Positions 24,701-36,700 of a stretch of 64,000 nucleotides of DNA are shown in pieces. Position 1 is the stretch's first letter. Each line of letters starts with the position of its first letter. The position numbers were made by a program, and so were the translations under genes. Source of the DNA: Raillietiella orientalis. Lineage: Eukaryota. A model generated the notes under the pieces. It had not been told where the DNA came from. It was given only the letters and a program-made list of their open reading frames with translations, and searched no databases. Location of the stretch: the NCBI GenBank assembly GCA_036172245.1, contig JAYWIR010000013.1, positions 2,976,001 through 3,040,000 of the forward strand, written 5' to 3'.

Positions 24701-27700
24701 CTAACGACTCAGTGGAAGGAAGGAAACACTGCCGAGGCACCGTCACCTGCTGGCTCGTTGCCGGTCATCCCTTCAGCACTGCGGTGAAAAGACTGCGAAA
24801 AGAGGATGTAGATGACTTCCTAGCAGAGGAATCTCATCGCAACACATCACTCATCCTCCACTCCCTAATGCAGGGGCTCGACCTCAGAGGGATGTCTGGC
24901 TTCCACACGGGGGGGGGGATGACCCGTGTTTGTCAGTCTCCGCTGCTCTGCGTCCATTTTTCAAGAATTCGTTGCGAGCGGTCCCTTCGCCGAGTCTAGC
25001 GAAGAGTTGAGTCCCCGTGCTGCTCAAGAGGGATCGTAAAGTCGAAAGCAGAAGAAGCAGTCCAACTGCTTAGCTGCTCGTCGTACCACACGAAAGACCA
25101 CATTCCATAGCCGTGACCACCGCTCAGTCCGAACTGGGCGCACAGTCCGTTGTTGACTGGGTGAAAACGTGCGGAATGGGAAACGTCCGGAGGCGCGAGA
25201 GCGGCGGAAAACCCTACGCAGTTTGCATCCCCGGGGGCCGCAGATTTCAGAGTTCTTCTCTGCTCCCTGGGAATTTTAAGGTTCCTTATCGTCCCTTCTT
25301 GGTGAGAAAAGCGCGTATCCCTGCACCTCTTCTTCTCCTGATTTTCCATCTTCAAAAGCTGCTTCCTGAAGAGACCGCTCAAAAGCTTTCTCCGGCGCAG
25401 GCTGTACAGGAGAGTGGAGGAGGCGAAGTGACTGGTGGGAGAAACGCACTGCAGTCGAGAGGTGGTCAGCTTGAAGGGGAAGGAGAGAAGGAGCCTTAAC
25501 CTGCGATCAGCGCGAGCGAGTGGAGCGCGCGATGGCAGCAGCGGGCGAGGCGAGGAAGGGAGGGCATGACCGAGAAGGTCGCGATTGGTCAGATTCCAGA
25601 AGTAGTCAGTGAATTGGCGGCCATCGAGTTGGCGCGGACGTTTTTTTTTTTTTTTTTTTCAAAAACAACAACAACCCACGGGGAGGGCATTGTCACACGA
25701 TCCGATTCCGAGCGTTGCTGGGATCACACGTGCTCTTGCCACGGGAATCCAGTTGACGTGTCCGGTGCTGGGATCCCTAATGAACGACGCGTGCTTCTTC
25801 CCTCTCTCCCTCTTGCCTGCTGACTGGCTTATCGAAGCAGGGACTCTCGATCGGTTAAACGCTTGCCACGTGGCTCTCCGTTTGCTCCCAGTCGCACGTT
25901 TCATCTCATCCTGCGAGGCGAGAAGTGAAGCTGCTTCCAAGGAGGAAGGAGACGATGGGCCAGGTGCAGATCGCACACAGTGGGCGTTCCGCGGGTGACT
26001 CTGCGTCGGAGAAGTCCCGGGGATGTCGGAGTCGGAGGAAACAAGGAAGTCCCGCGGCTTCCGCCAGAGCGCGTGCAGCACCTGCTACACTTCTTGGGAG
26101 TTCTGCAGGGGGGAGGGGGAAGGAAAGATAAAGGTCGCACTGGGTCATCGCGCGTTTGTGCCCCCACAGATGGGAAGGAATAACCTGATTCCCTTGATTG
26201 ACCTGAAGGCAGGGGAGCGCCTTTTTTGGCGACACCAGTTCATCAGGCGTTCTTTGCGGAACCTCAAGGGCTTTCGGTCTGCGAAGAAAGGAAAAAGGTG
26301 GCACGAGCTAGTGGGAGGAGACATTCTTTCCGGAAGACGGAAGGGCTCTCTCGCGTTCTCGAAGGTTTCGCATCGACGGACCACGTCTCCGCGCGCGTGG
26401 GGGTTTCCAGGGAGGAGACTCCCTCGTTCAAAGTCGCTCTCTCCCCGGAGACACTCCTCCAACCCCTTCCCTCCGTGTTCGCGCTCGGCGAGCCACGCGG
26501 CACATATGCGCTGCGGGACGTGGCGGCGCAGTTCTCCGAGTCTGCCTTCCAGCATCCTCCGTGCTGCAGGCTAGGTTGGGAGGGAGGGGGGGGGGGCAGC
26601 GCCTTTTGTTCTGATGATCGCTTCCTCTCCTCCTCACCCACCGGGCTGCTCGGAACGGTAGATCGGGGAAGACGCAAGGGAGAAGGGTGGGAATCGGGAA
26701 GCCTCAGTGGGTCTTCCTGAGGTTCGCAAAGTTTTCTCCTCCTCCCCCCCGGGTGAAGCGCGGAGACCCGGCTTTCCGGGCACTCTGACTTTATCCACGG
26801 CAGACTGCAGAGGAAGAGGGCGCCAGGGTCGCCCTTCCGATGGCGCTTGCGCGCCTTCAGTCCGCTCCGTTTATCTTCCGAGCGGGCCGCGAGCGTGACG
26901 GTTGGACTTTCGGGTCCCGAGATGCGGAGCAGACACAGTTCGTCTGCTTTCCGGAACGCTCGCCGCCGGCTTTCCCTCCCGCTTGTTCCGCTAGAGCGGG
27001 TCTGCTGCAGCTCGGATGCGGTGGCTGCGCGGCGCAGGGAGGGGGGGTCACCGTCAGTCGCGCGCGAGCGTCCGTTGCCGATGGCGGGGCGTCCGTCCAT
27101 CGGTCGATGACGTGCGCTCCCGGCGTAGAGCAGCGGCGCTCCCCGCTGCCCCGTGCGGGGGGGATATTCGCCTTTCCGTCGCTCCCCGATGGCAGCGGAG
27201 GTGGCGGTGGCGACGGCGACGACTACCTCCGCAGCCGCCTGCAGTGGCTCGTTGGCTGGAAGATGGCGGTCATCACCGAGGAGCCGGAGAAGGAAGTCAT
27301 GTACGAGGACGTGGTGTTCTCCAGACCCAGCGTCTCCGGTGGTGGCCATTCCGGAGAGCCATCCGAACAGCGGTCGTGTGAGGAAGCCGAGGACTCTCTG
27401 GAGATCTTCTTCGACTCCCTAGAAACGGAGCCCTGTCACGGCTGCTCCCTGGGAACCGGGAACCATCAGAGCCGCCCTCGGGATGCCGTCCCCGCGGTTG
27501 CGGGATGCGCCGACCCCTTCCTCCCGCCCCGGAGCGCTGAGAGGAGAGAACCGTCTCCCGCTGCCCCTAGGGGCGGCGGCGGCGGCGGTGGCAGCCACCA
27601 TGAGAGCGACCACGCCCGGCTGGACCGAATCTCCCGGGCCGACGCCGACGCCACCGCAGCTGCGATCCTCCCCTCCTGTGTTGTGCTGCTGCCCTCTCCC

Positions 27701-30700
27701 GACCCCACGAGCGGTCCCCACCCTCCTCTTCGCGGAAACGAGGACGCGAGCTGCGGCGGCAGGACCTCTCCCACCGTCCGCGTGGAGTGCGCCGATCTCG
27801 ACGCCACCCTGACTTTCAGTGAGGGCACCACCGACTCGGGCGGTTCCCAGGGCACCGACGATTTGCATCCGAAACCGAATGATGTAAGTCGCCCTTTCTT
27901 TCTTTCTTTTTCTTTCCATGGAGAAGAGGGGAGAAGGGCGTGCTGTGTGTCGGGAGGTCTGCCTTCTTCCTTGCCTCTCTCCCTGCCGTTGCGCAGGGCT
28001 TCTCCCGATTCTTTCCGGAGACCTCTTTTTCAGTCCCATCCCCTGAGACCTGCCCCCGCAGAGGCGAAATTCCGGAGCTCCTCAGCTACATCAGCAAGCG
28101 GATTCTTTCTTTCTCCCCCCCTTCCCCCTTCTTTCGCGGCAGCAACCCATGCCTCCACCTCTGCCCCACTTGAGGTGCGTTCCTGGAGGTGGAACCGGAC
28201 TCCCTAGGGGACTCAGTCATCCTGGAAGGGTTGGCGTGGAATCTTGCGCGATGCACTTGGCACCTCTTCGTGATCCCCAGGACTTCCGGCTGTTTTTTTT
28301 TCTTTTTTCCCCCTGAGCATCCTGTGGACGCATGGGGTGGGAGGGATTAAGTTTTTTTTTTCCTCCCCCTTTCCCTTCTCCCTTCTCTCTCACCAGCTTT
28401 TCCGTCTGGTTGGGTTGGTTTCGCGCCATTTCGCAGCCAGAGGCGCTCTCCCGTGGCAGCGCGTGGAGGAGGAGGACCGTAGCGCGAGGGCTCCTCCTCG
28501 AAAAGCAGGGAAGAGTGGACGTGGCCCCGCAGCCCATCGCTGTCTCTGTGGAGAAGGTGCTTTCGGGAGCGCGCATGCTGGATGGGGGAGGAGGGAGGGG
28601 AACCTTCCAGCCGTTTTTGCTTGGGCGAGGAATGGTCCTTTGTTGAGGGTCTTTTTGATTGTTCATCCTGCCAACAGGCGGCCTCGTCATCCGGGATGCA
28701 GGCAGAAGACTGAGATGCCACGGTCTCCTCCTCCTCCTCGTCTGCTTTGCCCCCTCCTTTCTTCTTTTCCTCCCGCTCCGATGTTGTTTCGAATCCGGAA
28801 GTGATCGAAAGGAGAGAGGAGGAACGAGCGGGCGATGGGAAGCGAAGCATCCCTTCGGAATCCCGGACGAATCCGGTCGAGAGTGCTTCCAGCACTCTGC
28901 GCTTGGGGGAACCCGTTTTCGCTCTCCCACCGTTTGCATCCCCGTCCACGGGCACTGCAGCCAGAGTTGCTACTCGACCTTCATTCGGAAAGCCTCCGCC
29001 CAGGGTCGATCCTGGAAGGAGTAAGTGGAGATCCGGGTAGAAGGCACGTCGACGGAGCATGGGATGTGCCGACCATCGTTGGTACTGCGGACCCCTTCCT
29101 TCCTGGAAGGGCGGGATTTCTTGCAACCGGAGAGCAGGCACGCGCCCGAGGAACTTATGAATTAGCGGCGGAACAGCGCGCCGCTCGCCTCCCTCAGCAG
29201 CAGCAGCAGCACGCTCTCCCGCGGGCACCGTCCAGGAGACCTCATCCTCCCCCCTCCCCTCTTTCTCTTCCGAGCGCTTCTCGCCCGCCCGCGACGGATC
29301 CCGCAAAAGTCCGGGTAAAAAAATCTTTGCCTCTTTTCCATCGTTACTGCCTCGAGATGGCGACAGACTGGGGAAAAAAACCACGACGGACAAGGGAGGA
29401 AGGCAACGGTCAGCGGGGACTACCGCAGAGTTTTTATTCTCGTCCTTTTGTAGCTGTTATTGGGGGAGGGGAAGAGAACGAGGGGACTTGCGTGGATGGG
29501 AATCAGGCTTGGTCCCGCTCCCTGGTGACAATAAAGAGAAAAGGAAACCCGAAAGAAAAGGACTCTGCGAGATGACTCCATTCGCAGCATGGACTTCTGG
29601 CGGAAACAGTTATCCTGCAGTCAAGCAGAAATGGTCCAGTTGTCGCACTCGATCACAGATAACCTTTTAAGTAATCGACGATCATTTAGAATATCGTGGC
29701 CGTCTCGATTCGATTTCATGCTCGCTTCCCGCCGAGCAGGGAGTGGAGCGAGACCCCCAGCGGTCACGCTTTCACCGTGACCCCGAGGCCTTTTGCCTTC
29801 CTCTTCTCCCTCTGGTGCTCGCTGCCGCCTGCGGCTTCGCGAGCCGAGGTGGTTGTTTCTCTTCCCCCCAGAATGCACTTCGCACGGCATCTTCCAGAAC
29901 TTTAGGCGCCGCCGGCTGCTCAGTCTCTGCACCCTTTTTCTTCCTCTCTTTCGAAAGCAGAGTGCGATCAGGGAGTGTCTTTTCCTAGTTCCCTGACATT
30001 TGCCCGGTGTCCGTGTTCGGTTTTCGGCACCACCAATCTTCGACGCTTATCGCCTCCGCGCGCCACCACTTTACCTTACTTCTCTGGCAGACGAGAGGCG
30101 GGGCGCGTGCGCAGCGCCTCCGCTGCCGGCCTCAACTGGTGGGAGCTTTCTGGAAAACGAGAGGGCATCCGTTCGCTTTGTTCTGCCATCCTCTAGATGC
30201 ATGACTCGTCTCCAAGTGCAGTCCCAAAGGGTGTTTTTGTTCACTCACGGACCCGCATCCACACGTCGTAGATTTCCGTGTGATTGGACCGAGTGACCTC
30301 CGTCCCCTCAGGTGAACCACAGCCTTGTTTTTCGCCTAAACACGTGCGGGAAACTCCCACAGTCGAAAGCACACTTTCATCCGATCCTGTTTCCCCAGCG
30401 AATCGCCTGAGCACAGGTGGAGAACACACGATGGTTTCCTTCGATCGCAGTTTCTTTCTAGGCACCGTGTTGCCTGCGACAGAAGTGTTTCGCCATTTCG
30501 GACGCAACAGAAATCTCGCGTCGTCGGTTTTCCTTGGCGCGCTTCCGCATCGTTGTCGCATCTCTACGTCGAGGTGTGAGCGAGTCAGCCTCCTCATTCA
30601 ATTCACTTCCCAGGAACGCCCTATCTTGCATTATAGTGCGTTCATGGGGTTCTTGCATTATATCTTTGATGTCTCCAGGAGAGTGATCACAGGTACTTAG

Positions 30701-33700
30701 CTTATCCCCGCATTTGCAATGGGCAAAGAAACGACACACAGTCGACGCCTCGACTGTGTGTAGCCTCTTTGGAGAACGGCTTATTTGATCCAAATCGGCC
30801 ATCTTCACCATCACCACTGTGTCCCTACCCATCGTAAAACTCGTAAATGGCTTTTTCTAAAAAAATTTCTTTTTTTTTTCCCATCCCATCCTCATCTCCT
30901 TTCCCCTTACTGATGTCACCAGGATTTCCAGAGGTCCTCCCTCCCGTTCCGCGCCGGATGCTGCGTGAGCAGCCAAAGAGATGGCGAACGTGAGCACGAG
31001 CCTGCTTATTTCGTGATCCACCACTGACACGCGGCCTCTGGCACTCTGCTATCCGCATCATGTTTCCCGAATGCGGCGAAAAGAAGTCCGATCGAGCCGC
31101 GGAGGCTTAGGGCGTCACCAACGCTGTCGTACCGCTCGGCGCCGGCCTTCCCCGGGTGCGAGCGAGTGTTCCGCCGCCGTCGACGGCCGACGAACATTCC
31201 GCTCGCGGTCCGACGCACTCCGCAAGTGAGCTACACCGAAACGGAAGTCAGTTGGCTGCCGTACGTAATGCACCGCTGTAAGGACACGGCTGGATGTGCT
31301 TTTCGGATCTGGATGCTGTGTGGCGTTTTTGTCGGAAATGATTTCCATCGGAGAGGAAACGCGGGTTGCAGATTCAGGACTTCGAGCTGATCCTTGCTGC
31401 AGCTTCGCTTCGCTTCTCTGCCTTTTGGCTAAGATCAAAGTGTTGCCGTGGAACCTGTGAGAGCATCCCGAACACTTCAGTCAGACCCACGGCCGCTGAT
31501 AAAAATCCGTTCTGCGAAGGAGGAATCCATCGACCTGCTCGAACAAGATGGCATCAGCAGACATGCTGATGCCGCCTTCCTCTGCCGTAGCTGTTCACCA
31601 TCAGGTGTTTTGTTGTTGTTGCGTGCGGTTTCTGCTGTTCACCACGTCGTTCGGATTTTACTGCCGATCGCTGCAGAGTGTTTTCCACTGGTGAGCTTCG
31701 GACTCCCTGATTTCCGCCTGCATTTGTGCAGAGTTCTGCTTTGCAGATTCCATAAGCTGATAAGAGTTTGATTCGTGTTGCTGAAGGGGAAAGTGAAACG
31801 AATCTCCCGGTTACACCTCCAAGATGACAGATACCTCTCTCGAGGATCATTCGATTGCTGGTATGGATGCGTGCATCCGAGGAAGCTGTACGAATGTCAT
31901 CCGGTCCTTGGTGGTGTGTGTATCGCATCTGATTTTTGAGCACGAGAGATTCAAGCTGGTGACCATGGAGGGATTTTATCATAGACTTCTCGTCCTGTTG
32001 ATGTTTTATACGTGTATGTATGTATGTATATATATGTATATGTACATACATATACAATTCTAAAAAAAAGGGATTGGCAGTTCTCGAAATCAACAGGTGC
32101 TTTCTTCCTTTCTTGTCGTATGGTGAAACCTCAAGTCACCTAGCTCGGTTTACTTCGTGAGTTTCCGTAGCGAGTTTGTCCTGTTTTTTCCGGCCCCATT
32201 CCAGATTCCCTTGTAAGGCAGTCAGAACGCTTTGGATCTTGCCTTGCCCCACAAGTCAGCCGCTCTTGTTGATTCAAGTGGTTTCGGAATAGAGTATCCT
32301 GCGGGGAGTTCGTAGTAAACCCTCGGGTCATTGCTCTCAGATTGACTTGCATGAAGCAAACGATGGTGCATCAGTGTCTTGGGTTTTGCCTCCACTTCTT
32401 TGCTCTGAGCGCACAGAGTCCTGGAACTCTGTGCTGGCGCAGTCAAACCGCTTCGTGCTAAGGAAGGCATTTTGCTTCGCGTTGCGATTTCTATGCGTGG
32501 ACCCGCCCTTACCCCTACGCAGGGTTCTCCGCGGTCACCGGTACTTTTGACCGGAATGCAAATGAGAGATTTCTCATCCTTTGCTAGGAGAGGTTGCGTC
32601 CTTCAGGAAGTTTGTGGCGTCGTTCTCTCTAAGTGAGACTGGGTCAGTCCCCCAGGCATGAGGGAGGACTCTCGACTTGTTTTGCTCACCATTGCTAGGG
32701 TCTCTTGGTGCTCTCAGAAGTTTTTTTTCTTTAAAAAAATAAAAAAGGGCAAGACCATAGTAGCGTAGAATGCCATTGCTCAGACCGAAGGGATCTCTTT
32801 CGTCCCCAGTCTTGTCCCTCTTGACTGCTTTCCACACAAGTAAGGGAAAAGGCATGCGTGAAAGGGTTTGTGAAAAGGTGATTCCTCTTGAATTTGTTCG
32901 TTTTCGCATCACACGATGGCGTGGTGCACCTCGAAGCCGATATCTGAATATTTCTCCGAGTCGCGAGTGTGCGTTGATTCCGCAAAAGTGTATATCGCGG
33001 GAGAACTCGCCTCCAGCCTTAGTATTTTGGGAACTCGGAACAGAAAGAGTTTCCGTGTCTACAACTTGCTTTCGAGCCAGAAGCAGTCCTATTGCGCAGC
33101 ATGCGCGAACCGAAAGTTCACTCCTTGGGATGAACCACGGCCATCCTTCGTGACTGTTGCCTGTGACAGAGAATCTTGACAGAGTGGGATGATTTCCATC
33201 TTTTTTCTTTGTGCTTAAGTGTCGCCTTTTTGCGTTTCTTTCTGTGACGGTCGCACTGGCGCTTTGTTCTGAAGTCCGTAACCGTGATTTTTCACACAGT
33301 CCGAACATTTTGCTCGTGAAAGGAAATATTTATGTAGACAAAGGGAGTATGTTTTTTCACATAACTGTAGTACTGATGATATATTTTTTTTTTTTTTTTT
33401 TGTCCCTTCAATCATATCTAGAAGTCCACCAGGCCAGAGAGAGCGAAAACATCGGAAGCTGAATTCTTACGCAGGAACACCTCGGCGAGCATGTCCGTCT
33501 CCAATTCCACAGGGATGTGGAATCAGGAGGGCAAGCGAGTCAACGGTTTCACTGGAGATTCATGTGATACTGATGAGATGACGACCCCCGTGGAAAATGA
33601 CGGGAAGCACTCCTTGCTGCAGTTCGCCATGCTGTTTTTCCGCGACGTAGACAGGTTCGTCTCTGCCCCATTCCCCGTCTGAATATGAGCTGAGCATCTG

Positions 33701-36700
33701 CGATCATGCTTTGCTTCGGCGTCCTATGAGCTTACAAAGAGAGATTGGGTAAATGGGAGGCAAAAGAAGAGCGGTAGAGTGATTTCGCCACGAAACTGGA
33801 GCTTGGAATCGCTCACCAACTCTCGGTCACTCGTAATCATCGTTCTAGAGCAGCTGTGGGCAACCCGTGGTCCGTTGCCACAAAAGGGTTTCTCGCCGCC
33901 GGGATCGAGGGACATCCAGTCTTGTAGAGCGGCGGCCGTTTCGTCGAGACGGCGAGCCCAACTAAGACGAGAGGAACAGGTTCGGGGATACGATCCTTTC
34001 GCAGGAACGATTCGGGATACTGCGAGCCTTCCTGGACGTTAAAGTGAACCGAGTACAGTACAGATTTTGCACAGAATTGCACCGATCATGTGTGCGTGTG
34101 TTTTTTTTTCAAACAGTACTCGCGTTGACCTCTCTCTTCACTGAAAGGATCACGTGTCAAAGGAGACTCGAGATCGAAAAATGCCGCAAGCGAAGAAACC
34201 GATTCCTGCCTAGACGAACATCCATTTCCAAGTACATGCGTGCGTATTAGATATCCTGTAACACATACGTACGACGGATGCTCGAATTGATTGCGTATAC
34301 GATGGTGGTCGATTCTTTTCGTTTCTCTCCATTCTCGCAGACAGTTCGCTCCAAAGAACACCACGATCACGTGCATCTTTGGAGTGTGTTGCCGTTGAGG
34401 GGCCGATGACGAGTGATGATCGTGTCCGCCAGCGGCATCGGCTTGCGAGGGTTCACATGCGGCAGATACAGAGAACATGGCATCGTACTGCCCTTCGAAA
34501 TCCTCGGGCGGAGTGGCGCGTCCCAACTTTGCACAGGAAGCTGCTGGGGAAGGGAAAACGTTTGTTGCTGCTGCCGCCTGAGAGCATCTTGCAGAAGTCC
34601 CAAGTACACTCTAATGACAGGTGCCGGAAAGGTTGCATGATCTCTTGGCTCATGAGAATGGCGCAGAGGGAGGAAGTCGGTCATCTGACTCGCTTCGTGA
34701 GTGTCCGCATCGCTGCTGCTTGCGAAGTGCGTATCAGTCCGCGGCCCTTGGCAAGAGTAAAGCTGCCCACTGCTGCTCCGCAGGGAGTGACAAGAAGGGA
34801 AAAGCAGGGCAGCGAAAAGTCTTTAAGGTCTTCAAGTACGTCCATGTCGATGGCAGAGTGAAAACAGTGTGGTCAGGAAAACAAGTGCATGGGGAGGAGG
34901 GAGAGGGAAGAGGAATCACGGTCCGAAATTCCGCTACTATCAGCTATTTATCACCATCCTCCTTTCAACTAGCTCATCTCAGTTGACGCTGGTCGCACTG
35001 CTCTGGTTTCGCCGGCACCTCGGCGCTACGAATTCCTGACCACAACAGTATTCCCAAATCAGATCCAAATGGGCACACACGCTGAGACGTTTCCGCAGTC
35101 CTCCTTTTTTGCGGACTCTTCTTAGTGTCATTGATTACGTGGTCTGTGCAGCTTGCGTAACCGATGAGTAAATTGCGCGTAGCGAGAAACGAAAGCTTCG
35201 GTTTCGATTCAGCTGGAGGTGACCTCAAGCTGAATGGCCACGCCTTGCACGTGTTAATGAAAACGTGCTTAGAAGTTCCGTTGTTTATCAGATTAAGGGT
35301 TCCGCAGTTCAGTAAACGAAAACACACACACACACACAGACTTTTTTTTTTCCCCTTTGCTGTTACAAAAACGTATTCTTCCTGGTGATTCGCTCTTTTG
35401 TTTTTATGAGGAACGTTGCTCAGTTCGTTCGCACCCCATCGCGACAGAATTCTTGTGAACGGATTTCCCTTGTTTTCATGTTGCATGAATTCTTTGAAGA
35501 TTCTTACCCATTCCGTCTCGTGTGCCTTCTTTTAATCCACCATGGTGTCGATTTTACTCTGATCGTTTGCTGCCGTTTCTTTTCGCGAAATCACTCGAAA
35601 CCGAAAAAAGGATGCGATCAAGTGAAGGTCCTTAAAGTAATGTCCCTTTCGTTGGAATGAAATCAAGGAAGCCCTGAGCATCAATAGGTGTGCGAGTTCC
35701 CTATTGCATGTATCCGTGTTAAGTAGGTCAAGGAAGGGGGTGCCACTTGTGGTCCCTGATGTAACAGTTCCATATCATCTGTATTCCCGTGCTCATCTCA
35801 TTCGTTTTCTCGTTTAAGTCAAGTAGTTTTTCGTCAGTGGGGTTTCTAGAGTCGGTGGCGTAACACGAAATACCGTAATACGAAATTTCTTCCGGATCCA
35901 TCAGTTTTGAGGATCTCTTTCCGATTTTACTTCGCTGTTTTTTCGACTTCTTCATTCACGCGGACAGTTTCTTTCCGGAGCAGTGAGCGAACCGGCTGAT
36001 AGAATGCGGAAAGATGCTCCCACCTGTTCTTCTGCTCTCTCCTATTTGGTTCGATTCACCTTGCAGCAGGTAAATTTCGATGATTCGAGATCACGCAGAG
36101 CTTCACTTACAGTAACCACGAAGCATTCATACCCCCTACTACGTACTGACAGCTTGATGGCAGCATTTCCGCTTTGTGGTCATGTCCCGCTCTCTAGGTT
36201 AGGTTGACGTCGCTTGCTCCACCCAAAAGTCGCAAGATTTTCAATAATCTTTAAGATACAGTGTTTTCTCGGCAGAAGCATTCGAGGAACGAAATTGTTA
36301 CATACCATTTGTCATGTGATTTCATAAAGCAGGGGGTGAACATCAGCATTTTTTTTTTTTTTTTTTTTTTTTTTCAAATCTTAACATAATAAGAGGTATC
36401 CCTAAAGTTTGCTTCGTTCCAGCAGAATTTCATTGCTTGTCACTGATTTGCCGTGTGTACGATATACCAATAAGGAACTCTGAACTTTTTTCCGAAGGAA
36501 AAATGATGGGAGAATGTGGTATCATTTCCTCAGCAGCCATCTGAAAATTACGATCCGAAGCCAACCGTGCGGTATTGACGTGCCGGTAATGATCAGTCAG
36601 TCGAAGAAATAATGAATTACCCTCAAAACGGATTCATTTTAAGAGTTACTGATTCGCTCTTGGGTAAACCTAAAGTATCAGTACTCGGATCTTGCTTTAA

